Notes: a model not told the origin generated them from the sequence alone. A stretch of DNA of 58,679 nt, filler included, from Actinomycetota bacterium (GCA_046725875.1; 3 parts of 3 records of this genome joined end to end with filler, not necessarily neighbours in it), one strand, 5' to 3'. Shown: positions 29,057 to 39,178, counted from the whole stretch's first letter. Made by a program: numbers and translations.

Positions 29057-30265
29057 ATGTCCAGCGAACGGGATGGCCAGGGCGCGCGGCTGGAGCAGCT
29101 GGTGCCCGCGGTGGTGGAGCGCCTACCGATCATCCTCGAGGAGGTCGCTAAGCGATTCACCGACGAGTGGCCCGATTACGCGGCCTTCCTCGCCGAGGAG
29201 CAGGGGGAGGTCTCGGCGGCAGCCGAGGCCTTCCTGCGTTGGCTGGTGAGCACGGCCGAGCAGGGACTCTCGCACTCGCTCGACGACGGCGTACCCCAAC
29301 CGGAAGCGCACGTCGCACTCTTCGAGGAGATCGGGCGCATCCAGTGGCGAGAGGGCCGGGATCTGTCGACGCTCCTGTCGGCATACCAAGTCGGGGCCAG
29401 GGTGACCTGGCATCATGTGTCCACCGTGGCGGTCGACAGTGGTGTGCCACCGCAGGCGCTTGCCGCCCTCGCCGAGGCGGTCTTCGCCTTCGTCGACCAG
29501 CTTTCGTCCTCGTCAGCGCGTGGGTTCGTACGGGAACAGTCCGCGGCCGCGGTTACCCGCGAGCGGCTCCGGGACGAGCTGGTCGAGCTGCTGTTGTCCG
29601 ACCGGTCGAGCAGTGCGGCCGTTCGGGCCGCAGCGGGGCGGGCGGGTTGGCCGCTCCCCCGCGCGGCAGCGGTGATCCTCGCCGACCCGAACAGCCAGGT
29701 AGCCCAGACGGCGCTGTCCCGATTGGACAGCTCGTGCCTCCCGATCCGTCGGCTCGATCTGCTCGGTGCGATCGTCCCTGACCCCCAGGGACCTGGCCGG
29801 CGACAGCGGCTGGCCGCCACGCTCGGCGGAGCACGTGCGGTCGTGGGCCATGTCGTGCCGCTCGAGCAGCTGCCGGCGAGTACGCACATCGCAGAAATCG
29901 CCGCCCGCCTGCGAAGGGAAGGGGCGCTGACCGATGATCCGGTGTTCGCCGACGAACATCTCGACGCCATCATCGTTCATGGAGACTCGCGGCTACTCGC
30001 CGCTTTCCAGCGCCAGTGCCTGGCCCCGCTGGACGGACTGGCTCCCGCCGTCCGAGAACGGCTGTCCGAGACGCTGGCCTCCTGGCTGCGGCACCTCGGC
30101 GACCGGCAGGCAGTAGCGGCGGAGCTTCACATCCACCCGCAGACCGTGCGCTATCGCCTTGCTCAGCTGCACGAACTCTTCGGACCCGACCTCGACGCGC
30201 CGGCGAGCCGTGCCCGCCTCACCCTCGCTCTTGCGTGGGGGCCGGCCGTCATGTCGGAGACTTGA
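29057..30265 (+). CDS. PucR/CdaR family transcriptional regulator
   Basis: LLSAYQVGARV N-domain; C-terminal HTH LSETLASWL...VAAELHIHPQTVRYRLAQL. Confidence 0.93.
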   Translation: MSSERDGQGARLEQLVPAVVERLPIILEEVAKRFTDEWPDYAAFLAEEQGEVSAAAEAFLRWLVSTAEQGLSHSLDDGVPQPEAHVALFEEIGRIQWREGRDLSTLLSAYQVGARVTWHHVSTVAVDSGVPPQALAALAEAVFAFVDQLSSSSARGFVREQSAAAVTRERLRDELVELLLSDRSSSAAVRAAAGRAGWPLPRAAAVILADPNSQVAQTALSRLDSSCLPIRRLDLLGAIVPDPQGPGRRQRLAATLGGARAVVGHVVPLEQLPASTHIAEIAARLRREGALTDDPVFADEHLDAIIVHGDSRLLAAFQRQCLAPLDGLAPAVRERLSETLASWLRHLGDRQAVAAELHIHPQTVRYRLAQLHELFGPDLDAPASRARLTLALAWGPAVMSET

Positions 30266-30289
30266 CGGTCGCTTCGCCGGTCGGCGCGA

Positions 30290-30967
30290 TCACTCCAGCG
30301 GACGGGCGGGCCGCCACCGCAGGGTGATCCCCGGGATACGACCGAGGCAGCGTCCGCCCCAATAAGCACAGGCGAGGATCGTCACCGCGGTGAGCACGCC
30401 GCTGAACACTCCACGGGAAAGCAAGCCCGCGTCGATTCCCCAGCGCAGGAACACGAAGCTCATCCCGGCGTCGAGCAGGCGAGAGCCGCCCCAAACCAGA
30501 GAAACCTGAGCGAACATCCGGCGTACGCCGTGGCGGTGGAAGAGCTGCGCCGGCAGCTCGATGAAGTCGCGAGCGAGCCGGGCGGTTACCGGCCGGCCGA
30601 CGGCCGCGCTGCACAGGAACAGCAGCGCCATGAAGATCGATCCAACGACCGGCTGGAGGAGATAAACCATTGCACTGGACAGCAGCAGGGCGACGCCGGC
30701 CCGACCGCACAGCACGCCGGCGCAGACCAGCAGAGTCCCGGGGAGGCCCTGGCCAAGAGCCCACCGCACCACCACCACAAGCACGGCCCAGCCGATCACA
30801 CCGACCAGCGCAGCCCCGAGGCCGACGGTATGCAGCAGCACATAGAACAGGCCCGTCGGGATTAGCACTGTCTCCACGAACAGCCGTCCGGCCCGCGCGA
30901 GCAGCGGACGGACGTCGCCGATCTCGATCACGATGTCCGATTCCGACTTGGCGGCCGGTGCCTTCAC
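30290..30967 (-). CDS. Integral membrane protein (VC0807/septation protein A-like)
   Basis: About six hydrophobic segments, VYLLQPV, GRPVTARLARDF; GTG start overlaps the DMT stop. Confidence 0.75.
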   Translation of the reverse strand: MKAPAAKSESDIVIEIGDVRPLLARAGRLFVETVLIPTGLFYVLLHTVGLGAALVGVIGWAVLVVVVRWALGQGLPGTLLVCAGVLCGRAGVALLLSSAMVYLLQPVVGSIFMALLFLCSAAVGRPVTARLARDFIELPAQLFHRHGVRRMFAQVSLVWGGSRLLDAGMSFVFLRWGIDAGLLSRGVFSGVLTAVTILACAYWGGRCLGRIPGITLRWRPARPLE

Positions 30968-31860
30968 CCTGGTCGCTCCCGATGTTGGTGGGCCGGTGCC
31001 AGCCCTATTACCCCCAAACAAACCAGCGCACCCGCCCCAGCGATCCCCGCGAGCGCCCCTGGGCTGGTGGGGAGCGCCACGTGGAACGCGAGGACGCCTA
31101 CTGTATAGCTTGCGAGCGTGTTTGTGATTGTCATCGCCGCAACGGCGGTAGGCAATGATCCGGCTGCGAAGGCGCCTTGCTCCAGCACGAGGCCGGTGGC
31201 TGTGGACGCGGCGAGCGCGTAGCCCGGCCAGTCCAGGGCGGTCGCGACCACACCTCGCTCGACGAGATCAGTCGCAGTGAGCTTGATGAATACGGCGCTC
31301 ATCGCGAAGCACAGACCGGCCGCGGTGGCGATCAGCATCGTCTGCTCGAACGGTGGCCGGCCGGCTGATCTTGCCACGAGCAGGCACACGAGCCCGCCCG
31401 CCGACATCGCGGCGAGGAATATGCGCCACCGAATGGGCTCCGCGTCGAGCGGCGCGATACCGCGGACGGCGAGAAAGATCGCCAGGCCGCCGCAGACGGC
31501 GATCGCCGAGAGGGTGTCCCGCTGGCTTATCGGGCGCCGGCTCATCCGGGCGGCCAGCGGAACGGCGAAGAGCAGCTGCGTGACGAGCAGCGGCTGCACG
31601 AGGGCGACCGACCCGAGGTGAATTGCTACTGCCTGAGCCATAAATCCGACCAGGTTGATGGCCCACCCGGCAAGCCACAGCGGCGAGCGAAGCAGCCGAC
31701 GGGCGAGCTGCAGCAACGGCACCATCACCTTGGCCAGGCGGGTGCTGCCCGCCGGCGCGGCGTACCGCCTGCTGTTCTCCCGGGCCGCCCGCTGCTCGAT
31801 AGCCGCCGACAGCGCGAAGAGGAACGCTGCGAGCAGGCCAAAGAAGACGACGAAGAACAT
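30964..31860 (-). CDS. DMT family transporter (NIPA-like)
   Basis: AAFLFALSAAIEQRAA, PLWLAG, GSVALVQPLLVTQLLFA, LEQGAFAAGSL. Confidence 0.88.
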   Translation of the reverse strand: MFFVVFFGLLAAFLFALSAAIEQRAARENSRRYAAPAGSTRLAKVMVPLLQLARRLLRSPLWLAGWAINLVGFMAQAVAIHLGSVALVQPLLVTQLLFAVPLAARMSRRPISQRDTLSAIAVCGGLAIFLAVRGIAPLDAEPIRWRIFLAAMSAGGLVCLLVARSAGRPPFEQTMLIATAAGLCFAMSAVFIKLTATDLVERGVVATALDWPGYALAASTATGLVLEQGAFAAGSLPTAVAAMTITNTLASYTVGVLAFHVALPTSPGALAGIAGAGALVCLGVIGLAPAHQHRERPG

Positions 31861-31865
31861 GGGCC

Positions 31866-32675
31866 CTAACCGTCCTCGGGCCCTTCCTGGGAGATCGTCT
31901 CCCCAAGCCGCCCTGCTTTCGGCCGGCCGAAGCGGGTCGCGAGCCGGCGGTAAGCGCCCGGTGCGGTCGCGCGGACTGCCACCGGAAGCCGCAGCCAGCG
32001 GGGCGCGTACCGCTCGGCGCGGTCCGCGGCAATCATCTTCACCAGAGCATCGGCGACCTGCTCGACCGGCCGCGGTCGCGGATGGCTGCGCTGATAGGGC
32101 ACCCCGCGGCGCGCGAAGAAGGGTGTGTCAACCACACCAGGCACGAAGACGCCGACCCGCACGCCCGTTCCGGAGAGTTCGATGGCAATGCTTTCCGCGA
32201 AGGCGTCGAGACCTGCCTTCGTTGCGGCATAAACCGCCTCACCAGCGACGGCCGTCCGGCCGGCGATAGAGGTCACGAAGACAACATGCCCGCGCCGGGC
32301 GGCCCGCATTGACGGCAGGATCGCTTTTGTCAGGCGGATCGGGGCGACAAGGTTGACTGCGATCAGTTGCGCGGTGGCGCTCTGCGGCATGATGTCGAAG
32401 CGGCCGGCCCACCCGATTCCCGCGTTGTGTACGAGGATGTCGACTCGGCCGGCCAACTCCAGCGCAGTTTCAGCGAGCCGGTCGACGGCCGCACCGTCGG
32501 CGAGGTCGGCGACCAGGAAATCCGTGTCGAGCCGGCCGGCCAGCCTGGCGAGGCGCGCTTCGTCCCGGCCGTGGACGATCACGCGGGCACCACGTCGCGC
32601 AAGCCGCTCGGCGGCGGCAGCGCCGATGCCCGAGGAGGCTCCGGTGATAAGCGCAACCGAGCCCGTGATCCGCAT
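31866..32675 (-). CDS. SDR family oxidoreductase
   Basis: TGASSGIG, HNAG, YAATK, PGVVDT. Confidence 0.93.
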   Translation of the reverse strand: MRITGSVALITGASSGIGAAAAERLARRGARVIVHGRDEARLARLAGRLDTDFLVADLADGAAVDRLAETALELAGRVDILVHNAGIGWAGRFDIMPQSATAQLIAVNLVAPIRLTKAILPSMRAARRGHVVFVTSIAGRTAVAGEAVYAATKAGLDAFAESIAIELSGTGVRVGVFVPGVVDTPFFARRGVPYQRSHPRPRPVEQVADALVKMIAADRAERYAPRWLRLPVAVRATAPGAYRRLATRFGRPKAGRLGETISQEGPEDG

Positions 32676-33011
32676 CTGGCCTATTCTCCCCGCCACCCGC
32701 CGGGATGCGCTGGGAGGCTGCTGGACAACCTCGCTCGAGGTGAGGGGCGGTTCCGGGCGTTCACCTCGCGACGGGCGGGGACAGTGACTCAACAAACTGA
32801 GCCCGCGCGTGCTCGGATCTAGGTCATATTCCAGCCACCGCGGCGATCACCGCAACGATGGCAGTGATCGTCTTGGCACGCCTGCCGACGCGCCTCTACT
32901 TATGGATGATCTCTCCCTTCGATGTGGCGTAGCCCCCCATGGGCACGCCTATATCCCGAGCCGGGTCCCGAAAGTGCATCCGGTCCATTAGCTCGGTGCC
33001 GTTCTGCTCGC

Positions 33012-33305
33012 TCATGACCGCCTCGCCGCGCTCTGCCGGATTAGGGCCACCAGCGCGGAAGGGAGCGCGGTGAGGACGAAACCGTTCTCGGTGCTCTCCT
33101 CGGCCACCTTGGCCAGGCAAGCCGCAGTTTCGACCACGAGCGAGCGGTAGTGGTCGCACTCTTGGTGGGTCTTCTCCCGGACCAGGTTGGCCAGGACCTC
33201 CAGCTCGTCGTCGCTGAGCCAACGGGCAAGGACAGCGAGCACGCCGATCTCACGCTCGGTGCCCGGTGTGCCGAGTACGGCACCCGACTTCAAATTAGTG
33301 CGCAA
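33012..33305 (-). CDS. Hypothetical protein (possibly phage-like or remnant)
   Basis: 97-aa helical ORF whose stop overlaps the ATG of a 39-aa ORF (32896-33015); family not recognised. Confidence 0.35.
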   Translation of the reverse strand: MRTNLKSGAVLGTPGTEREIGVLAVLARWLSDDELEVLANLVREKTHQECDHYRSLVVETAACLAKVAEESTENGFVLTALPSALVALIRQSAARRS

Positions 33306-33563
33306 GGGCTCCGGTCAGTTGATCTTCGCGAGGGCGTCTCGTAGCGAACGAATGTGCGGGCGTGACGAGCTCGTCCTGGATGCTCGGCAGTGCGATATTC
33401 ACGGACCAGTCGTCCAGCGCCTGCGGGTAGCCGGGCTGTCGCGATCACCAGCTTCGGGATCGTCTCCCTGTAGCTCGCTTCCGTGATACCGCGGATTCCG
33501 TGTATCACGGGCGCATGGAAAACGCATATGCCCGCGATACAGTCTTCCGTCTTCAATGCAATC

Positions 33564-34263
33564 ATGGACCGCAGCGCATCAATGTCAGCCCCAGCTCGTC
33601 GTGCGCGCAGGATCGTGATCGTCAGTCTGGCGGTCCTCGGTGTAGCGATCGCTGCGTTCGGCGCGATCGCACGCGGTGCGTAGGGTCGTGTCCATGCCGA
33701 TGCGCACGTCGGGGTGGCACGTCTGGGTCGGCACGTTCACTGGCGTGGCACTCATCACGGTGGCCGCACTGCCGTTGGCCGCGCTAGCGGTGTGGGCTCT
33801 GGCCCGCCGTCGGAGTGCGACCGGCGTCACGTCGGCGGGGCGGATGTCGATGGCCGAGGTCGGCATCGTCTACGGGACAGTGCCGTGGGTATGGATGATC
33901 ATGTTGCCGGGCGGCGAGGCCGGCGCCGTCGTGAGCCCGGTACCGCTACGCGACCTGCTCACGATGGATGCGGGCCAGGTCGTCGGCAACCTGCTGGTGT
34001 TCGCGGCGCTGGGGTTCTTCGCCCCGCTGCGGTTCGCGGCGCTGGCGTCGGTACCGCGGATCCTGGCGCTCGCGGCTGGCTGCTCGGTCCTGGTGGAGGC
34101 CGCGCAGTACGTCCTGCGGCTGGACCGGGTGTCCTCTGTGGACGATGTACTGCTCAACGCCGCCGGCGCCGGGCTGGCCGCGCTGGCGTCGCGCCGCTGG
34201 TGGCGCGTTTCGGCCAGTGGGTCGTCAGACCGACCTCGATCGGCCCCGGTACCGGGCCGCTGA
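33564..34263 (+). pseudogene. VanZ family membrane protein, frameshifted near 33670
   Basis: MDRSASMSAPARRARRIVIVSLAVLG in one frame; GNLLVFAALGF...VEAAQYVLRLDRVSSVDDVLLNAAG in another. Confidence 0.7.
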
Positions 34264-34282
34264 GCCGCACCGAGAGCCAGCA

Positions 34283-34579
34283 GTGAGCGGGCTGATCTCA
34301 AGGCTTGAGGCCGAGTACGACCTGGAGGACGGTTTCCTGGGGCTGTTGCGCGGCGGACACTTTGACACCCGGGCTCGGGATCGATTCTTGCGACTGCTGG
34401 AGTCGATCGATCTCGGTACGTCCGATGCCATCGATCGGCGACTAGTGGCCTTGCTTTGGTACATGCCGCTTCTCATGCAATGGCAGGCGGAACGTCTCGA
34501 CGAGAAGGAGCAGGCGGACTTGCACGAAGCGCTTAACCGGGCTACGAATCAGCTTGAGCGGATCCTGGGTGTTCCTTGA
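34283..34579 (+). CDS. Hypothetical 98-aa protein resembling polymorphic-toxin immunity proteins
   Basis: EDGFLGLLRGGHFD...IDRRLVALLWYMPLLMQWQAER...LERILGVP. Confidence 0.65.
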   Translation: MSGLISRLEAEYDLEDGFLGLLRGGHFDTRARDRFLRLLESIDLGTSDAIDRRLVALLWYMPLLMQWQAERLDEKEQADLHEALNRATNQLERILGVP

Positions 34580-34858
34580 GCTGGACCGGTCGAAGCGCCG
34601 CCGAGGGAGGGCTGGTACCTTCCTCGACCACCGAGCTGCGGGGCACGGACCTCATGGCATCGCTACCGCGATCGCTCAGCAGTGGTGGGTACGCAACCGC
34701 GAGTCGATCAGGCGCTACCCCGCTGACCTAGCTCCGTAAATCGCTGTAACGAGACCCGCTCAGAGCAGGGGATTTCACCGGTTACGGTCCCGCCTGAGCT
34801 CGATTTCTCTTCGATAGCACGAGGGAATGTTCCGCCAGTCTCGTAGATACTTCCCACC

Positions 34859-35317
34859 GTGGACCGGCCCGCCGAGCACTACTTCGAACTGGGCACCGAC
34901 GGACCCAAGGTCATCGTCGCGGGCGTTGACGGCACAGAGACGTCACTGCGCGCCGGCGCGTATGCGGCCGGACTCGCCCGGCGGGAAGGAGCACGGCTCG
35001 TCGTTGTGTTCGTTGTGGCTCCGAGCCGCCTGGCGAGCATGTCCGCGGCCAGCCTCGCCCTGCTTTATCAGACCAGCGAGGAGATGGCTGCCGAGCTGCG
35101 CACTACGGCCGAGACCCGCGCGCGCGAGCTCGGGATCGACCTGACCTTCCTTACGAGGCGCGGCGATCCCTTCACCGAAATCTGCCGGGTGGCGACCGAA
35201 ACCCGGGCCGACGCAGTGATCGTTGGCGCGTCGATGTCCGCCGGCCACCGGTTCGCCGGGTCGCTTGCGGTCCGGCTGGTGAAGGCCGGCCGCTGGCCCG
35301 TGACCGTGGTCCCCTGA
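34859..35317 (+). CDS. Universal stress protein
   Basis: IVAGVDGTETS, GDPFTEI, ADAVIVGAS, GSLAVRLV...PVTVVP. Confidence 0.93.
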   Translation: MDRPAEHYFELGTDGPKVIVAGVDGTETSLRAGAYAAGLARREGARLVVVFVVAPSRLASMSAASLALLYQTSEEMAAELRTTAETRARELGIDLTFLTRRGDPFTEICRVATETRADAVIVGASMSAGHRFAGSLAVRLVKAGRWPVTVVP

Positions 35318-35492
35318 TCGGACCAGCCGAGTCAGATAGCCGGTCCGCCAGTCACCGATCCCCGCCGCCGTGCATCGGCCTCATAGCGAGCCCTGGAGGC
35401 TAGGCCAGTTTGCGTCAGCGTCGCGCGGAGCCGAGTGAGACGCGGCATACTGCGCCGGATACGGCATTGTCTTCCGCGGAAGGGACTCGACG

Positions 35493-36440
35493 ATGACCCG
35501 CAGAAGCCGCCATCTCGCCATCGCACTCCTCGCGGTTGCCGCAACGGTTGTCGCCTCGTCCTCAGCAGCGACAGCTACGCAGAGTGCGGCGCGGGCCGCA
35601 TTCCCTGCGACGATCCAGCTGCCGGATGGCTTCCAGCCGGAGGGCATCGCGATAGGTCGGGGGCACATCGCATACTTCGGCTCGCTCGCCGACGGCTCGA
35701 TCTACCGGGTGGACCTGCGGACCGGCAATGGCTCGATCATCAGCTCCGGGCCCGGCACCCCCTCCGTTGGCCTCAAGATCGACAACCGTGATCACCTCTT
35801 CGTGGCCGGCGGCCCGGCGGGGACGGCGCGGGTGGTTGACGTCTCCACCGGAGATATCTTGGCCAGCTACCAGCTCGCCACCGGCGCGAGCTTCATCAAC
35901 GACGTCGTGCTCACCAAGGACGCGGCCTACTTCACCGACTCGGTCAACCCATTCCTCTATAAGCTCCCGCTGGCCGGAAGCGGATCGCTGCCCGCGGCCG
36001 ACGAGGTCCAGGCGATCCCATTCTCCGGGGATTTGGTGTTCATGCCGGGGTTCAACGTGAACGGGATCGCATCGACGCCCGACGGGAAGGCTCTGCTCGT
36101 CATCCAGTCGAATACCGGACTCCTCTTCCGGGTCAACCCCCAGACCGGCTCGACACAGACGGTGGACGTCGGGGGCGAGTCGCTGGTCAATGGCGACGGC
36201 CTGCTGCAGGCGGGCCATCTCCTCTACGTCGTCCAGAACGTCGCCAATACGGTCGCCGTCATTCGGCTGAACACCCGCGGAACCAGCGGGACCGTTGTCG
36301 ATCGGGTGACCGACCGGAGATTCGACGTTCCGACGACCGTCGCCGCCTTCGGAAGCCGCCTCTATCTGCCCAACGCGCGCTTCACGACTCCGCCCACCGC
36401 AACCACTCCCTATACCGCGAACGCAATCCGGCGGCACTGA
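35493..36440 (+). CDS. Secreted SMP-30/gluconolactonase/LRE-like beta-propeller protein
   Basis: Signal peptide; FQPEGIA, FINDVV, AYFTDS, NVNGIA, NGDGL, FDVPTT, PNARF. Confidence 0.88.
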   Translation: MTRRSRHLAIALLAVAATVVASSSAATATQSAARAAFPATIQLPDGFQPEGIAIGRGHIAYFGSLADGSIYRVDLRTGNGSIISSGPGTPSVGLKIDNRDHLFVAGGPAGTARVVDVSTGDILASYQLATGASFINDVVLTKDAAYFTDSVNPFLYKLPLAGSGSLPAADEVQAIPFSGDLVFMPGFNVNGIASTPDGKALLVIQSNTGLLFRVNPQTGSTQTVDVGGESLVNGDGLLQAGHLLYVVQNVANTVAVIRLNTRGTSGTVVDRVTDRRFDVPTTVAAFGSRLYLPNARFTTPPTATTPYTANAIRRH

Positions 36441-36543
36441 GAGCCGCAACTCCCGATGGAAGGGCCGCCTGTTCCAATCTTGTTGGAGCCCTTCTACCGT
36501 ATGACCTCGTCCCGGCCGCCTGACCGCCGAATACGCTGGCCCG

Positions 36544-37170
36544 ATGAGGCTGATCAAGTACACCCATGCGTGCGTTCGGCTGGAGCGCGACGGTGCGGTG
36601 CTCGTCATCGACCCGGGCATCTGGACCGAGCCGGAGGCACTAGAGGGCGCCCAGGCCGTCCTTGTTACCCATGAACACTTCGATCACATAGACGCCGACC
36701 GGCTCCGCACGGCCCATCGGTCCAACCCGGACTTGCGGATATGGACCAACTCGGAGCTTGCCGGCCAGCTCGCCGACTTCGACCGCGCCGTGACGGGGGT
36801 GAACACGGGGGACACGTTCGAAGCGGCCGGCTTCACCGTCCGCGCATGTGGCGAACGCCACGCCTTCACCTTCCAGAAGCTGCCGGATGTCGCGAATCTC
36901 GGCTTTGTCGTCGACGGCGTCTACCACCCAGGGGACTCGTTTTCGCTCCCGGACAGCGCCGTGGATACCCTCCTCGTGCCGACGAGCGGACCCTGGATGA
37001 AGATCGGCGAGGCGATCGAATTCGCCCGGTCCGTCGCGCCGCGGCGCGCGTACTCGATCCATGACGCGCTCCTCAACGAGGCCGGCCAGGAGGTCACCGA
37101 TCGATGGCTGGCCGAGAACGGCAACACGGACTACTACCGGCTGGTACCCGGTACAGCGGCCGACCTCTAG
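36544..37170 (+). CDS. MBL-fold metallo-hydrolase
   Basis: HACVRLE, IDPG, THEHFDH, YHPGDS, IHD. Confidence 0.93.
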   Translation: MRLIKYTHACVRLERDGAVLVIDPGIWTEPEALEGAQAVLVTHEHFDHIDADRLRTAHRSNPDLRIWTNSELAGQLADFDRAVTGVNTGDTFEAAGFTVRACGERHAFTFQKLPDVANLGFVVDGVYHPGDSFSLPDSAVDTLLVPTSGPWMKIGEAIEFARSVAPRRAYSIHDALLNEAGQEVTDRWLAENGNTDYYRLVPGTAADL

Positions 37171-37269
37171 GAGGCCGCCCCACTGAACCCCGTGCCTCGA
37201 CGAGAGCGGCAATGGGCATGCCATGCCGGGCAGGCACCTCGGCGAGCGGGGCTAGCTGAACCAGTACAT

Positions 37270-37299
37270 GAGGTGGGACCGCAAAGCGGGTCCCACCTC
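37270..37299. terminator. Hairpin between convergent genes
   Basis: GAGGTGGGACC-GCAAAGCG-GGTCCCACCTC. Confidence 0.7.
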
Positions 37300-37334
37300 G
37301 GTGTTATCGCCACACTCTCCGATCAGACGCCGGT

Positions 37335-37628
37335 TTAGAGGACGCCGGAGCGGCGCCCCCTCCAACCGGTGCGCGAACCCCAGCTGGAGACCAGGGCGAT
37401 CCCGATCACCGCGAGGCCAACCTGGAAGATGATCTCGATCCAGTCCACTCCTGAGGTCGTCTCGACCCCGACTTGCTGTGCCAGCCAGGTGCCGAGCAGG
37501 GCAGCCAGAATGCCGATGACGACAGTCATCAGGGGCGAGATTTGCTGCCGCCCCGGCAGGACCAGTCGGGCAATGATGCCGACGACGGCCCCGATGAGTA
37601 TTGCTGTGATGACGCCTGATGCGGTCAT
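37335..37628 (-). CDS. GlsB/YeaQ/YmgE family stress response membrane protein
   Basis: AILIGAVVGIIARLVLPGRQ...GVDWIEIIFQV; AGGAGGAG RBS. Confidence 0.9.
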   Translation of the reverse strand: MTASGVITAILIGAVVGIIARLVLPGRQQISPLMTVVIGILAALLGTWLAQQVGVETTSGVDWIEIIFQVGLAVIGIALVSSWGSRTGWRGRRSGVL

Positions 37629-37837
37629 CGCTCTCCTCCTTCGCGAGGACGTAGCGCCCTGCATGTATCGCAAGATCGGTGCTGCAAACCAAACCCTGTG
37701 TGCGAACGCGGAAGCGCGAAGATCCTTGAGGAGTACAACCAGCGGCGCAAGGTCGGCTGCCCACTACGACGACAGGAGTAGCTACTGACCCGCCGGCCGG
37801 CCGATGCCGCGCCAGCAGCGCTGATCTACCGTGATCG

Positions 37838-39178
37838 ATGGTGAGTACGTCGAACAGCAAACGACCAGCCGGTCGGCCGGGGTTCTTGGCCAGGCTCGGC
37901 AACCCTGGCGCTCCTTGGCGCCAAGCGCGGCCCGCCCTCTGGTTGGACCTCGGCCTCGCAGTGAAGGTCGCGATCCCGCAGGTCATTGGGTCGATCTTCG
38001 CGGCACACAACCAGCCCGAGCGGAAGGGCTTGGACGCACTTGGATTCCTGCTGCTGCTGGCCGGGCCGGCGCTGCTTGCGTTCCGTCGGCGAGGCCAGGT
38101 CGCCGTTCTGGTCGGCGTCATGGCGGTCACCTGTCTGTACTTCGCCCTGGATTACCCGCCGGGCCCCGTCTTCCTTGCGCTGGTCGTCGCGCTGTTCACC
38201 ACGGTTACGGCTGGTCACCGCCGGGCTGCCCTGATTGTGGCCGGGATCGGTTACGCATTCTTCGTCATCGCAGATCTCTACCTCGACCGTCAACCCGATC
38301 AGCGTTCGCTGGCTAGCTATGTCGGCGCCGCGGCCTGGATATCGGTCGTACTTGCGATCGCGGAGACCGTCCGAGCCCGTCGGGACCGGGCCCGAGAGGT
38401 GGCGCACGCCCACGAGGAGCAGGAGCGGCGGCGGACGAGCGAGGAGCGGATGCGCATCGCACACGACCTGCACGACGTGGTTGCGCACAACATCTCGCTG
38501 ATCAATGTGCAGGCGGGCGTCGCGCTGCACCTCATGGACGAAAATCCGGAACAGGCTCGGACCGCTCTAGCCGCAATCAAAGACGCGAGCCGGGAGGCCC
38601 TTCGTGAGTTGCGCTCCACGCTCGACATCCTGCGCAGCGCCGACCGTGGTGCGCCTCGCTCGCCGACCCCGGGCATCTCCGATCTGCCTGGCCTGATCGA
38701 GAGCGCAAGAGCCGGCGGCCTGGATGTCCACCTCGAGATCGACGGCAGCGCACATGCGCTTCCCGCGGGAGTCGAGCTCGCGGCATACCGCGCGGTCCAG
38801 GAGGCGTTGACGAATGTACGCAAGCATGCGCGCGCAACTGTTGCGACGGTACGGATTGGCTATGGCCGAGACCACCTGTCGGTGCAGGTCGACGACGACG
38901 GCAAGGGCGTCCCGCCGAGCTCGTCGACTCGGGGCACCCGAACCGACGGCCGGCCGCCGGCTGCGCAGCAGGAAGGCTTCGGGATTCGTGGCATGCGGGA
39001 GCGGGTCACCAAGCTCGGCGGTGAGCTGACTGCCGGGCCGCGGCCGGGCGGCGGCTTCCGGGTCAGCGCCCGGATTCCCGCCGCCCACCTGGGCCAGACC
39101 GTCGAATCCGCCGGCGCCGCTACCGATGGAACAGCGCGGGATCCGAATCGCGCAGCACGGGAAGGTGACAGATCATGA
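37838..39178 (+). CDS. Membrane sensor histidine kinase (HisKA_3)
   Basis: ERMRIAHDLHDVVAH, QEALTNVRKHA, DDDGKG, GFGIRGMRER; start uncertain. Confidence 0.93.
   Translation: MVSTSNSKRPAGRPGFLARLGNPGAPWRQARPALWLDLGLAVKVAIPQVIGSIFAAHNQPERKGLDALGFLLLLAGPALLAFRRRGQVAVLVGVMAVTCLYFALDYPPGPVFLALVVALFTTVTAGHRRAALIVAGIGYAFFVIADLYLDRQPDQRSLASYVGAAAWISVVLAIAETVRARRDRAREVAHAHEEQERRRTSEERMRIAHDLHDVVAHNISLINVQAGVALHLMDENPEQARTALAAIKDASREALRELRSTLDILRSADRGAPRSPTPGISDLPGLIESARAGGLDVHLEIDGSAHALPAGVELAAYRAVQEALTNVRKHARATVATVRIGYGRDHLSVQVDDDGKGVPPSSSTRGTRTDGRPPAAQQEGFGIRGMRERVTKLGGELTAGPRPGGGFRVSARIPAAHLGQTVESAGAATDGTARDPNRAAREGDRS

Noticed and set aside
35493..36440. Superoxide dismutase label often given to this family
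   Set aside because: No SOD metal-binding motifs; sequence is a beta-propeller.
37655..37700. SigB-type promoter for the GlsB-family gene
   Set aside because: GTTT present but the -10 (CGATAC) is too far from GGGTA to support.
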